64,000 nt of DNA. It comes from Gammaproteobacteria bacterium. GTDB lineage: Bacteria; Pseudomonadota; Gammaproteobacteria; Steroidobacterales; PWYM01. The DNA lies in NCBI GenBank assembly GCA_003567475.1, contig PWZL01000102.1:3132-67131 (forward strand). The letters are read 5' to 3'. Both the position numbers and the translations under genes were made by a program. Below, piece by piece: positions 19,723 through 29,652 of this stretch; position 1 is the stretch's first letter, and the number at the start of each line of letters is the position of its first letter. Under the pieces are notes generated by a model. It did not search any database, was not told where the DNA came from, and saw only the letters and a list, made by a program, of their open reading frames with translations.

Positions 19723-20327
19723 CGCGCCACCGCCTGCCAGAATCGCCCGGCGTGCACGGCGTCGAGGTCGTGACTGCTGCTGTGGCAATCCAGACACGAG
19801 CGGTCGTCGCGGACCATTTCCGCGGCAAACCTGACGTGCACCTCGACCTCCAGATAGCCACGGGAGTCATCGTGACAGTGCAGGCAGTTGGCGTTCGGAT
19901 AGGGGGCATAGAGTTCGATCGGATCCGACGCCTCGCCAAAGTAATGCACCAGTAGATGGTTCAGTCCGTGCAGCTTGGTGCGCACGTCGCCGAACATGGC
20001 GTAATCCTTGTGACATACGTAGCAGGCGTAGTCACGATCGACCAGGCGGTCCTGGAAGTGCACGGCAACCAGCGACTCACCATCGACGAACAGGCTCTGG
20101 CCATACGGGGTCATCTCGTGGCAGCTGAGACAGAAGGAGGTCTGACTTGAGTTGACCACGCCGGCGGTCAGTCCGCCAACCGAGACCGCCAACGGCAGCA
20201 CACCGATGCCCGCCAGCAGCACAAGCTTCCCGACCGTGCTGGCCAACAGCCGCTCCGCGCCCGCGAGCAGCACCACCGCCAGGCCGATGCACAGCGCGAC
20301 TGCGGTGATGACGAAAACCGTATTCAT
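19719..20327 (-). CDS. NapC/NirT-family membrane tetrahaem cytochrome c (quinol dehydrogenase type)
   Basis: Four CxxCH motifs (CLSCH, CYVCH, CLHCH, CLDCH) after N-terminal hydrophobic helices. About 200 aa. Confidence 0.85.
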   Translation of the reverse strand: MNTVFVITAVALCIGLAVVLLAGAERLLASTVGKLVLLAGIGVLPLAVSVGGLTAGVVNSSQTSFCLSCHEMTPYGQSLFVDGESLVAVHFQDRLVDRDYACYVCHKDYAMFGDVRTKLHGLNHLLVHYFGEASDPIELYAPYPNANCLHCHDDSRGYLEVEVHVRFAAEMVRDDRSCLDCHSSSHDLDAVHAGRFWQAVAR

Positions 20328-20382
20328 GTCGCCACCTTAGCGGCAGGGTCGAGACGACTCCATCAGTAATCACCGCTATCCT

Positions 20383-21894
20383 GTGAACATGATGCGCCGA
20401 ACTGTCAGGCCCCGGTCCGCCGCCGACTGCACGCTGCTGCTCGACCAGGGATCCCACGCCTGTCGTGCGCTGATCGCGGATGCCCACGGCCGCCTGCTCG
20501 GCCGCTGTCTGGTCCCGGTCGGCACCCATGCGGACGGCGTGAGGGTCGAACAGTCGCCCGACGAGCTTGTCGAGGCGATGCACCAGGCCATGACCGGCGT
20601 GTTGACCGAGAGCGGCGTCCGCGCCTCACGGCTCGCCGCGGCCGGCCTTGCCACGCAACGGTCCAGCATCGCCTGCTGGCGGCGCAGCGACGGCGCGGCA
20701 CTCTCGCCGATCCTGTCGTGGCAGGACCGCCGTGCGGCGGAGTGGCTCGCCACCCTCGCTCCGGACCCTGGCATGCTGCGCAGCGTCACCGGCCTCGTGC
20801 CGAGCGCCCATTACGGGGCCAGCAAACTGCGTTGGTGCCTGGACCAGCTGCCCGAAGTGCGCGCTGCGCTGGCGCAGGGAGACCTCTGCATGGGGCCGAT
20901 CGCGAGTTTTCTGCTGGCCCGACTGCTGGCCGGGCATCCCTGCAAGGTGGACCCCGTGAACGCCGCGCGCACCCTGCTCTGGGATCTCGGGCGCGGGGAC
21001 TGGTCGGCGCCGCTGCTGGCGCTGTTCGGGATTCCCCGGACGGCCCTGCCGACCACCGTGCCCAGTCGCCACCTGTTCGGCACCCTGCAGCTGGCGGGTG
21101 CGACCGTGCCGCTCACCGTATGTACCGGTGACCAGTCGGCGGCCCTGTTCGCCCACGGCCAGCCCCGGTCAGACAGTCACTACGTGAACATCGGCACGGG
21201 CGCGTTCGTGCAACGTCCAGCCAGCGCCACGTCGGCGGCTGCGCCGCCAGGGCTGCTCAGAAGCGTGACCTGGGAGGACGAGTCCGGTCGACTGGAGGTG
21301 CTGGAGGGCACGGTCAACGGCGCCGGCGCGGCACTTGACTGGCTCGCCGCCGCCCGCAACACCGAGACCGCCCGGCTGATCGCCAACGCCGAGACCTGGT
21401 TGCGGCAGGACACCCCTCCCCCGTTGTTCATCAATGGCGTCGGGGGGCTGGGTGCACCGCACTGGGCCCCGCACTGTCCGATCCTGTTCGAGGGCGCCAC
21501 CGACAGCGAGGACGCCGACGCCAGCGACGCAGCCTGCACGGTCGCGGTGCTCGAGAGCATCGTCTTCCTGCTGCTGGAGAATATGGACGTGATCGCGGAC
21601 ACGCTCGGCCCGGCGGCGCGGATCGTCGTCAGCGGCGGCCTTTCCCGGCTGGACGGACTGTGTCAGCGGCTGGCGGACCTGGCAGGGCTCCCCGTCGAGC
21701 GTCCGGCAGAGACCGAGGCCACGGCGGCGGGCCTGACTTACCTGCTGACCGGCGCTTCCTGCCCGCGGAGCGCACCTGACGCGCGCTTCGCGCCGCGTCC
21801 GGCAGCAGCGCTCGTGGCACGGCGGGCGCGCTTTCGCGCGCGCCTGGCCAGCCACCTGGGCCTGAACCCCCCGGCTCAACCCTCGTCGCGGTAA
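20383..21894 (+). CDS. FGGY-family carbohydrate kinase
   Basis: LLLDQGSHACRALI N-terminal actin-fold motif. CTGDQSAALF. C-terminal VVSGGLSRLDGLCQRLADL. Start could be ATG at 20389 or 20392. Confidence 0.8.
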   Translation: MNMMRRTVRPRSAADCTLLLDQGSHACRALIADAHGRLLGRCLVPVGTHADGVRVEQSPDELVEAMHQAMTGVLTESGVRASRLAAAGLATQRSSIACWRRSDGAALSPILSWQDRRAAEWLATLAPDPGMLRSVTGLVPSAHYGASKLRWCLDQLPEVRAALAQGDLCMGPIASFLLARLLAGHPCKVDPVNAARTLLWDLGRGDWSAPLLALFGIPRTALPTTVPSRHLFGTLQLAGATVPLTVCTGDQSAALFAHGQPRSDSHYVNIGTGAFVQRPASATSAAAPPGLLRSVTWEDESGRLEVLEGTVNGAGAALDWLAAARNTETARLIANAETWLRQDTPPPLFINGVGGLGAPHWAPHCPILFEGATDSEDADASDAACTVAVLESIVFLLLENMDVIADTLGPAARIVVSGGLSRLDGLCQRLADLAGLPVERPAETEATAAGLTYLLTGASCPRSAPDARFAPRPAAALVARRARFRARLASHLGLNPPAQPSSR

Positions 21895-22811
21895 CGTCTG
21901 AGCCAGATCGCCAGCGTCACGAAGCCCGCCGCGACCAGCAACCCCAGCCACAACCCGGGGGCAGTGAGCAGTCCCGGCAGGTCGATCAGCGCGATCAGTC
22001 GATCCGTGGCAACAGCCTGCACCTCACCGTCCCCGTCGACCTGCATCAGGCTCTTGATGTCGGGACGGAACGCCACGCGAAAGACCCCGATCACCCGGTC
22101 GGCGACGAGGCTGTACAGGGTGGTCGTGCCGAAGGCAAGCAGCTCCAGCTGACCACCAATCACCAGCGGCAGGGTGGCCCACAACAGAGGCGCCTTGCGG
22201 GCCCACGCTGAAGCCAGCAGCAGCCAGCCGATCAGCGGCGCACACCACAACGCCGCAGCACACATGAAGTACACGGCGAGCGTCCACAGACTCAGCAAGG
22301 GGGCCGGCCGCCATACCAGCGACCAGGCGTCCCCCTCGGCACCCCAGACCATCAGGGTGGCCATCAGCAGGGTGAGGACCTGGGTGAGCGCAATGAACAC
22401 CACCGTCACCAGCGGAATCACCACCAGCGCCATACACAGCTTCGACAGCACCGTGGCCAGATCAGTCACCGGCAACGATTTCCAGAACAGGATGCTGCGA
22501 TCGCGACGTTCCGAGTACAGGGCATCGACGGCGTAAAACAGGATGACGATGACCATCGTCAGCAGGAACAGGGGCACCACACCGGTCAACAGCAGGGTCA
22601 GCGATGCCTCGCGCCGTTCAGGCGACATCAGGCCCAGGCCCTGCACCAGATACAGCCCGGCGCCGTCCCGGCTGAGGCCGCGGCCCTGCACCAGCCCGGC
22701 CAGCATCAGCAGCGTGGTGAGACCGGCAACAATGGCGGGGGCAAGCACGATGGCGCGGTGCTCCCAGGTTTCCCGCCGCAGCAGCATGACGAAAGCCATG
22801 ATCGCGTTCAT
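21876..22811 (-). CDS. ABC-2-type transporter permease
   Basis: Polytopic (about 6 helices). ATGA-coupled to the upstream ATPase gene. Confidence 0.65.
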   Translation of the reverse strand: MNAIMAFVMLLRRETWEHRAIVLAPAIVAGLTTLLMLAGLVQGRGLSRDGAGLYLVQGLGLMSPERREASLTLLLTGVVPLFLLTMVIVILFYAVDALYSERRDRSILFWKSLPVTDLATVLSKLCMALVVIPLVTVVFIALTQVLTLLMATLMVWGAEGDAWSLVWRPAPLLSLWTLAVYFMCAAALWCAPLIGWLLLASAWARKAPLLWATLPLVIGGQLELLAFGTTTLYSLVADRVIGVFRVAFRPDIKSLMQVDGDGEVQAVATDRLIALIDLPGLLTAPGLWLGLLVAAGFVTLAIWLRRYRDEG

Positions 22812-23665
22812 TTGCGCGACCCTCCCACCTTGGCGACGAACAGGTCGCTGATCGAGGGGGTGCGCAGCTCACCGAGCGGGGCCAGCCGGTCGTGCGGAAC
22901 GTCCTCGAAGATCAGGGCGTGACGCCCGAAGCTCTCCGCCTCGCTCAGCGGCCCCAGAGCGCGAGCCGCCTCGAGATGTTCGCGGCGGGCGAGCAGCTGG
23001 CAGTAGCGCTCACCGAGCGTATCCATGGGCTCGGCCAGCACGGCGCGACCGTGATCGATGAACACCACGTCGGTGAGGATGTACTCGATCTCCTCCACCT
23101 GGTGGGTGGTCACCAGAATGGTGCGGTGGTCGTCGAAGTAGTCATTCAGCAGCGTCGTGTAGAAGGCCTTGCGAAACAGGATGTCCAGCCCGAGCGTGGG
23201 CTCGTCGAGCACCAGCAGCCGGGCATCGATGGCCATGATCAGGGCAAGATGCAGTTGCGTGATCATCCCCTTGGACAGGGTCTTGATCCGCGCGCGTGCC
23301 GGGATTTCGGTCGTCGCCAGAAACCCCTCGGCACGCTCGCGCCGGAACCGCGGATGAACGGCGGCGACGTAATCCAGGGCCTGATTGACCCGCAGCCAGC
23401 GCGGCAGCACCGCAACATCGGCAATGAAACAGACATCCTGCATCAGCCGCTGGCGCTGACGGACGGGGTCCAACCCCAGGACGCGGAGCTCACCTTCGTA
23501 GGCGGTCAGCCCCAGCAGGGCCTTGAGCGCCGTGGTCTTGCCGGCACCGTTCGGACCGATCAGGCCAAAAATACGACCCTCGCCGACCGACAGATCAAAA
23601 CCATCCAGCGCCCGCTTGCGCCCGTAGCGCTTCACCAGCCCGCGGGCATGCACGAGCTCGTTCAC
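22808..23665 (-). CDS. ABC transporter ATP-binding protein
   Basis: Walker A GPNGAGKTT, signature LSKGM, Walker B LLVLDEPT. GTG at 23665 forms a GTGA overlap with the GntR stop. Confidence 0.9.
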   Translation of the reverse strand: MNELVHARGLVKRYGRKRALDGFDLSVGEGRIFGLIGPNGAGKTTALKALLGLTAYEGELRVLGLDPVRQRQRLMQDVCFIADVAVLPRWLRVNQALDYVAAVHPRFRRERAEGFLATTEIPARARIKTLSKGMITQLHLALIMAIDARLLVLDEPTLGLDILFRKAFYTTLLNDYFDDHRTILVTTHQVEEIEYILTDVVFIDHGRAVLAEPMDTLGERYCQLLARREHLEAARALGPLSEAESFGRHALIFEDVPHDRLAPLGELRTPSISDLFVAKVGGSRK

Positions 23666-24030
23666 TTGGTATTCTCCTCTTCGATGGCGACCAGCAGGCT
23701 TGCGGCATCCAGACCCAGTCGCTCGATGGTGGCCACCACCTGGGGCCATTCCTCGGCAAGAAACCGCTCGCGCTCGGCGCTCAGCAGACGCTGGCGCGCC
23801 CCCTCGATGACGAACATGCCGCGGCCACGACGTTTCTCGACCAGGCCTTCGTCGACCAGCTCCTGGTAGCCCTTCAGCACCGTGAGCGGGTTGACGCGGT
23901 ATTCAGCGGCGACATTGCGCACCGATGGCAGTGCGTCGCCCTCGCTGAGCACGCCTTCCAGCAGCATGGCGACTACCCTGTCGCGCAGCTGCCGGTAGAT
24001 CGGCTGTTGGTCATTCCAGTCGGGGTCCAT
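23662..24030 (-). CDS. GntR-family transcriptional regulator, YtrA-like (short C-terminal domain)
   Basis: QPIYRQLRDRVVAMLLEGVLSEGDALPSVRNVAAEYRVNPLTVLKGYQELVDEGLVEKRRGRGMFV winged helix. Only about 50 aa follow it. Confidence 0.9.
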   Translation of the reverse strand: MDPDWNDQQPIYRQLRDRVVAMLLEGVLSEGDALPSVRNVAAEYRVNPLTVLKGYQELVDEGLVEKRRGRGMFVIEGARQRLLSAERERFLAEEWPQVVATIERLGLDAASLLVAIEEENTK

Positions 24031-24066
24031 CCGTCACCTTGTCCTTTGCTCGCAGCGGCGCGAGGG

Positions 24067-24483
24067 TCAGAGCGTGACCCGGCTGGTCGCAGCGCCGGGC
24101 AGCGGCACAGGGCCCAGGCGCCGGCTGTCGGGCGCGGCCACCACAATGTCACGCTCTGGCAAGATTACCGCACTGGCGAGACTGTCAGACGGCGCAATGC
24201 CGTTGAGGTGCCCGGCGCTGGCCAGCAGGAAACCCGTAAGCTCATGGGTGACCACGCCTGTCGCCGTCACCGCCGCCATCGGTTCAGCCGGGAGCCGGGC
24301 CAGGGTTTCGGCGCGCAGCGCGGCGTATTCAGCGGCCACTTCGGCTGGCGAGGCGTGGGCCGCGAAGATCTCGGCACCGTGCGCGGCGCCACCCGTAACG
24401 ACCACCAGGGTCGCCGCCGCCAGCGCGGCAGACAGCGGGGCACGCAGGGCGCGGGGGAGCAGCGAAAAGGTGCGGGTGTTCAT
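24067..24483 (-). CDS. Secreted hypothetical protein (first gene of the GntR/ABC operon)
   Basis: Signal peptide ALAAATLVVVTGGAAHGAE. AGGAG Shine-Dalgarno sequence 6 nt before the ATG. No family recognised. Confidence 0.5.
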   Translation of the reverse strand: MNTRTFSLLPRALRAPLSAALAAATLVVVTGGAAHGAEIFAAHASPAEVAAEYAALRAETLARLPAEPMAAVTATGVVTHELTGFLLASAGHLNGIAPSDSLASAVILPERDIVVAAPDSRRLGPVPLPGAATSRVTL

Positions 24484-24528
24484 GTCGGTCTCCTGTCATC
24501 AGTTAGTGCGATCGTGTGTATCTGAACT

Positions 24529-24552
24529 GGTGTTGTAGTCAACTATAACACC
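24529..24552. promoter_or_regulatory. Imperfect palindrome, candidate YtrA/GntR operator
   Basis: GGTGTTGTAGT-CA-ACTATAACACC: 11-bp arms with one mismatch, about 46 bp upstream of the operon's first start codon, in a locally AT-rich stretch. Confidence 0.4.
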
Positions 24553-24696
24553 AAAACCGCAGATTGCAAGGGGCGCGTGCGAAAAATCCTGCCGCGGGTC
24601 CGGGCGTGGCCCGCGAGCCGCGCCGGCCGGGTGCTACAATCCGCGCCGGTCGCGCAGGCGCGCGACACCGGCTCACGCTCTGCAAGGAAAGACGAC

Positions 24697-25674
24697 ATGA
24701 AGAAACCCGTCCGAGTCGCCATTACCGGCGCCGCCGGCCAGATCGGCTACCAGCTGGCCTTCCGCATCGCCTCCGGTCAGATGCTGGGCGCCGACCAGCC
24801 GGTGATCCTGCAGCTCCTCGAGATCACGCCGGCCTTGGGTGCCCTGTCCGGCGTCGCCATGGAACTCGATGACTGCGCCTTCCCGACCCTGGCCGGCCTG
24901 GTGCTCTCCGACGACCCCGAGATCGCGTTCGCGGATGCCGACGTCGCGCTGCTGGTCGGTGCCAAGCCGCGCGGACCGGGCATGGAACGCAAAGACCTGC
25001 TGACCGAGAACGCCAAGATCTTCTCCGCGCAGGGCAAGGCCCTGAACGCCAAGGCCAGCCGCGACGTGCGGGTGCTGGTGGTCGGCAACCCGGCCAACAC
25101 CAACGCCCTGATCGCCCGCGAGAATGCGCCGGATATCGATCCGCGGAACTTCACTGCCATGACACGGCTCGACCACAACCGCGCGCTGGCTCAGCTGGCA
25201 GCGAAGACCGGCAGTCATGCGCAGGACATCCGCCGGTTGACGATCTGGGGCAACCACTCGGCCACGCAGTACCCCGACATCTCGCAGGCCACCGTGGCCG
25301 GCAAGCCGGCCGCCAGCCTGGTCGCCGAGGAGTGGTACCGCAACGAGTTCATCCCCACCGTGCAGCAGCGCGGCGCCGCCATCATCAAGGCGCGCGGCGC
25401 CTCATCGGCGGCTTCCGCGGCCTCGGCGGCGATCGACCATATCCATGATTGGGTGCTTGGCACGCCGGACGGCGACTGGGTGAGCATGGCGGTGGCCTCC
25501 GACGGCAGCTACGGGATTGGCGAGGGCGTGGTCTACTCCTATCCGGTGATCTGCCGGGACGGCGGCTACGAGATCGTGCAGGGCCTGGAGGTCGACGAGT
25601 TCAGCCGCACCAAACTGGATGCCACCGACGCCGAGCTCCGCGAGGAACGCGAGGGCGTCGCCCACCTGCTGTAA
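24697..25674 (+). CDS. mdh: Malate dehydrogenase
   Basis: [33 protein letters not shown]. Start at the internal Met (24697). Confidence 0.95.
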   Translation: MKKPVRVAITGAAGQIGYQLAFRIASGQMLGADQPVILQLLEITPALGALSGVAMELDDCAFPTLAGLVLSDDPEIAFADADVALLVGAKPRGPGMERKDLLTENAKIFSAQGKALNAKASRDVRVLVVGNPANTNALIARENAPDIDPRNFTAMTRLDHNRALAQLAAKTGSHAQDIRRLTIWGNHSATQYPDISQATVAGKPAASLVAEEWYRNEFIPTVQQRGAAIIKARGASSAASAASAAIDHIHDWVLGTPDGDWVSMAVASDGSYGIGEGVVYSYPVICRDGGYEIVQGLEVDEFSRTKLDATDAELREEREGVAHLL

Positions 25675-25682
25675 GCCCACCA

Positions 25683-25717
25683 CCGCCTGCAGACACCCCA
25701 AGGTGTCCTGCAGGCGG
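25683..25717 (+). terminator. Strong hairpin after mdh
   Basis: CCGCCTGCAGACACC (25683-25697), loop CCAA, GGTGTCCTGCAGGCGG (25702-25717): 15 bp with one bulged C. No clear T-run. Confidence 0.5.
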
Positions 25718-25784
25718 TCAGTCGGGATGCTTGACCCGCGGTCCTGGCGTACACTCACGCCAACTGAATTCCGCGGGGAATCCC

Positions 25785-28310
25785 ATGCTTGACAGTCTGT
25801 TCTGGCTGTTCACCTTCATTGTCGTCGCAACCACCCTGGCGTACCGCCGGGTTGACCTGCGCTCCGCGACCATCGTCCTCGGCGCGACCCTGCTGGCCTA
25901 CACCGTGTTCGGTTCGGGCGCTGTGCTCTGGATCCTGGCGCTCTGGGTGCTGTTCGGCGGAATGGTCTTTCTCAACTTCGAGGATCAGCGGCGCGAGCAC
26001 GTGACGCGGCGGCTGCTGGAGATCTACCGGCGCATGCTGCCGCAGATGTCGCGCACCGAGCGCGAGGCGCTGGAGGCCGGCACGGTCTGGTGGGAAGGCG
26101 AACTGTTCTCGGGTAACCCGCGTTGGGAAAAACTGGTCGACCAGCCGGCCGCTCGCCTCACCGAGGAGGAACAGGCCTTCATCGATGGACCGGTAGAAGA
26201 GGTCTGCCGCATGGTCGACGACTGGCAGGTCACTCACGAGCTCGCCGATCTGCCGAAAGAGGTCTGGGACTACCTCATCGACAAGCGCTTCTTCGCGATG
26301 ATCATTCCGAAGAAATACGGCGGACTCGAATTCTCTGCGCTGGCCAACGCCATGGTGCTCGCCAAACTCGCCAGCCGCAGCATGGTGCTTGGCTCGACGG
26401 TTGGGGTGCCGAACTCGCTCGGTCCCGCGGAACTGCTGCTGCACTATGGGACCGATGCCCAGAAAGACCGCTATCTGCCGCGCCTGGCGAGCGGTGAGGA
26501 AATTCCCTGTTTCGCGCTGACCTCCGTGCGCGTCGGCTCGGACGCCACCGCGATCACCGACACCGGGGTTGTCTGCCGTGGCGACTGGCAGGGCGAGGAC
26601 ACCATCGGCATCCGGCTGAACTGGGACAAGCGCTACATCACGCTGGCACCGGTGGCCACGGTCATCGGGCTGGCCTTCAAGCTCTACGATCCCGATCACC
26701 TGATTGGCGACAGCGACGAATACGGCATCACCGCGGCCCTCGTGCCGGCGAAGACGCCGGGGGTCACCATCGGTCGCCGGCACTTCCCCCTCAATGTCCC
26801 GTTTCAAAATGGCCCGACTCAGGGCCATGACGTGTTCGTCCCTCTCGATGCCATCATCGGCGGGCCGAAGATGGCCGGCCAGGGCTGGAAGATGCTGGTC
26901 GAGCAGTTGTCCGTGGGCCGCGCCATCACGCTGCCGGCTTCAGCCATGGGTGGGGCCCGCGCCGCGGTCTACGCCTCGGGAGCCTATTCGCGCATCCGCC
27001 GCCAGTTCGGCCTGCCGGTCGGCAAGTTCCACGGCGTGGGCGAGGCGATCGCCAGAATGGCGGGGATGACCTACATCATGAACGCCAACACCGAGGTCAC
27101 CGCCGGCGCCATCGACCGTGGTGAGAAACCCGCCGTGCCCTCGGCGATCCTCAAATACCACAACACTGAAATGGGCCGCCTGGTCGCTAACGACGCCATG
27201 GACGTCCACGGTGGCAAGGGCATCATGATGGGGCCGAAAAACTATCTGGGACGGGGCTACCAGGGGGTGCCGATCGGGATCACCGTCGAGGGTGCGAATA
27301 TCCTGACGCGCTGTCTGATCATCTTTGGCCAGGGCGCGATCCGCTGCCACCCCTGGGTATTCGACGAGATGCAGGCAGCCGCCAATCCCGACACGACGCA
27401 GGGCCTGGTGGACTTCGATCGCGCCTTGTTCGGCCACATCGGCTACGCCATCAGCAACGCCGCACGCTCGCTGGTGATGGCCCTGACCGTCGCACGCTTC
27501 GCTGATGTTCCGGCGCACGGCCCCGTGCGCCGTTACTACCAGCACATCACCCGATACAGTGCCTCCTTCGCGCTCACCGCCGATGCCGCAATGCTGACCC
27601 TCGGCGGCGCGTTGAAACGCAAGGAACTCCTCTCCGCGCGTCTCGGCGACGTGCTGGCGAGCATCTACATGGCCTCCATGGTGCTCAAGCACTATGACAA
27701 TCAGGGCCGGCGCGCGGCCGATCTGCCGCTGGTTGAGTGGGCCTGTCGCCACCTGCTCTACCGGGCGCAGGAACAGCTGCACGGCTTCCTGCGTAACTTC
27801 CCGGTGCGCTGGGTCGCCTGGATCCTGCGGGTGCTGGTGTTCCCGCGCGGACGGACCTATTCCTCCCCGGCCGACGAGCTGGGTCAGGACATCGTCGAGC
27901 TGATGATCAGCCCGAGCGAGACGCGCGAGCGCCTGTGCTCGGGCATCTACAGCACGGTCGAGCCCGGCAATCCGCTCGGCCTGCTGCAGGAAGCCCTCGA
28001 ATTGGCCTATTCGGTCCGCGATCTCGAACGCAAGGTCTTCGATGCGATCCGCGACGGTCGGATCACCGCCGAGGAGGTGCCCTCGCAGATCGACCAGGCC
28101 GAACGTCTCGGCGTGTTGACGGCCGATGAGGCGGCGCGGGTCCGCGAGTTCGACCACAAGGTGCTGGAACTGATCGGGGTAGACGACTTCCCGCACGACG
28201 CGCTCGGCACCCGTCCCGCCAGTCGGCCGGGACCGCCACATGCAGCGGATCAACCCTCAGCGGTCGAGCGTGCCGCCGCACGACAGGGCGCCGCGGGCAG
28301 CCTGCACTGA
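25785..28310 (+). CDS. fadE: Large membrane-anchored acyl-CoA dehydrogenase
   Basis: N-terminal TM region plus MLPQMSRTEREALEAGTVWWEGELFSGNPRW, which parallels E. coli FadE [23 protein letters not shown]. About 840 aa. The track ORF start at 25449 lies inside mdh and was rejected. Confidence 0.9.
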   Translation: MLDSLFWLFTFIVVATTLAYRRVDLRSATIVLGATLLAYTVFGSGAVLWILALWVLFGGMVFLNFEDQRREHVTRRLLEIYRRMLPQMSRTEREALEAGTVWWEGELFSGNPRWEKLVDQPAARLTEEEQAFIDGPVEEVCRMVDDWQVTHELADLPKEVWDYLIDKRFFAMIIPKKYGGLEFSALANAMVLAKLASRSMVLGSTVGVPNSLGPAELLLHYGTDAQKDRYLPRLASGEEIPCFALTSVRVGSDATAITDTGVVCRGDWQGEDTIGIRLNWDKRYITLAPVATVIGLAFKLYDPDHLIGDSDEYGITAALVPAKTPGVTIGRRHFPLNVPFQNGPTQGHDVFVPLDAIIGGPKMAGQGWKMLVEQLSVGRAITLPASAMGGARAAVYASGAYSRIRRQFGLPVGKFHGVGEAIARMAGMTYIMNANTEVTAGAIDRGEKPAVPSAILKYHNTEMGRLVANDAMDVHGGKGIMMGPKNYLGRGYQGVPIGITVEGANILTRCLIIFGQGAIRCHPWVFDEMQAAANPDTTQGLVDFDRALFGHIGYAISNAARSLVMALTVARFADVPAHGPVRRYYQHITRYSASFALTADAAMLTLGGALKRKELLSARLGDVLASIYMASMVLKHYDNQGRRAADLPLVEWACRHLLYRAQEQLHGFLRNFPVRWVAWILRVLVFPRGRTYSSPADELGQDIVELMISPSETRERLCSGIYSTVEPGNPLGLLQEALELAYSVRDLERKVFDAIRDGRITAEEVPSQIDQAERLGVLTADEAARVREFDHKVLELIGVDDFPHDALGTRPASRPGPPHAADQPSAVERAAARQGAAGSLH

Positions 28311-28356
28311 GGCTGCCATCGTGGTCGCGTCCGAGGCCCAGACCCCGGCGCCGGCG

Positions 28357-29652
28357 ATGCCGCTGCAACCCGTGCTTGAAGTCGAGCTGGCATCGACCAC
28401 GGCACCGATGGACGAGGACAGCCTTCAAGACTACCTGGATACCCTGCTGGCCTGTCCCGAGGTCCTGTCCATCCGGCGCTATCGCCTCGTCGGCCCGCCG
28501 TCCGAGGACACAGCCGACGGCGTAGCCGGCGATGCCCTCGGCGGCGCCATGGACGGCGAGTCGGCCGCCGCCACGGTCGGGCAGTCCCTGCTGCGCCTGG
28601 TGCTGACCGATCAGGCACTCTCGGACAACAGCGCGCTGGCGCGCGCGCTGATCGAGGCCGAACACACCCTGAGGCGGCATCGGGGCGACGGGGTCACGGT
28701 CAAGACGCGCTGGCTGTCAGGCGATGCACCGCCGCGCACCGGTGCACCGCGACACTGTCGTAACTGCGAGGCCCCGATCACCGGACAGTACTGCTGGCAG
28801 TGCGGCCAGCGGGTGCGCGAGCGCATGATCACCATGGCCGAGCTGGTCGGTGGCCTGACCACCGATCTGTTCCAGCTCGAATCACGGCTGTGGCGCAGCG
28901 TTCGCCCGTTGCTCCTCAGCCCCGGTCGACTGACCGCCGACTATCTGGCGGGCCGCCAGGCACGCCATATGCCGCCGTTTCGCATGTATCTGGTGCTGTC
29001 ACTGGCGTTTTTCCTGCTGGTGACCCTCGGCTACAGCGGCTCGCCCGTGCGTATGAACGTGGATGACACGCTCGTGGCCGAAACCCTCCGTGGTCAACCG
29101 TGGGGCGACCGCCAGGACCGGCGCGCGTTCGCTGACGAGAACTGCCGCTTCGAGGACGAGACACTCATCGGACCGGACTGGCTGCTGGCCTACCTCACCC
29201 CTGAGCTGCTGCGAGAGCGCTGTCTGCGCATCGTCGAACGCCCGGAGGAGTACGGACGACGGGTCCTCGACGCCCTCCCCGTCGCGCTGCTGCTCGCGCT
29301 GCCTGCCTTGGCACTGGTCATGCAGGTCCTGAATGCGTTCAGTCGCCGCTACTACGTCGAACACCTGCTGTTCTTCGTGCACTACCACAGCTTCCTGTTC
29401 CTGTTCGTCATGCTGGTCCTCGGGATGTCTCGCCTGCTGGGACTGCTGTCGATCCCGGCCTGGGTGAGCGGTGTCGGGCTGTTCGCGGCCTGGCTCTATG
29501 CCCTCTATTACCCTTACCGCGCGATGCGGCGAGTCTATGGAAACGGACGGGCCCTGGCGCTGGTCAAATACGTGCTGCTGCTGATGACCTACCTGCTGCT
29601 GCTGAGCCTGATGACGGTCGGCACATTGAGCTATACGGCGCTGAGTTTATGA
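28357..29652 (+). CDS. DUF3667 zinc-ribbon membrane protein with an extra ~150-aa N-terminal region
   Basis: CRNCEAPITGQYCWQCGQ zinc ribbon followed by ...LLSPGRLTADYLAGRQARHMPPFRMYLVLSLAFF and several TM helices. Start uncertain: 28240 would overlap fadE. Confidence 0.65.
   Translation: MPLQPVLEVELASTTAPMDEDSLQDYLDTLLACPEVLSIRRYRLVGPPSEDTADGVAGDALGGAMDGESAAATVGQSLLRLVLTDQALSDNSALARALIEAEHTLRRHRGDGVTVKTRWLSGDAPPRTGAPRHCRNCEAPITGQYCWQCGQRVRERMITMAELVGGLTTDLFQLESRLWRSVRPLLLSPGRLTADYLAGRQARHMPPFRMYLVLSLAFFLLVTLGYSGSPVRMNVDDTLVAETLRGQPWGDRQDRRAFADENCRFEDETLIGPDWLLAYLTPELLRERCLRIVERPEEYGRRVLDALPVALLLALPALALVMQVLNAFSRRYYVEHLLFFVHYHSFLFLFVMLVLGMSRLLGLLSIPAWVSGVGLFAAWLYALYYPYRAMRRVYGNGRALALVKYVLLLMTYLLLLSLMTVGTLSYTALSL

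Noticed and set aside
25449-25784. N-terminal extension of fadE in the ORF track (start at 25449), and similarly 58896..59162 for the arg-operon protein and 24577..24696 for mdh
   Set aside because: The extensions overlap the preceding genes or an intergenic terminator and are Arg-rich. Internal Met codons coincide with the conserved N-termini and with Shine-Dalgarno sequences.
25755-28253. Minus-strand ORFs 25755..26828 (357 aa) and 26940..28253 (437 aa)
   Set aside because: Antisense to fadE, whose frame matches E. coli FadE along its length.
29560-29650. Search for a LexA/SOS box in front of dinB
   Set aside because: I found no CTGT-N8-ACAG-like palindrome by eye here or upstream of the DUF3667 gene (28240..28360), so no SOS operator is reported.
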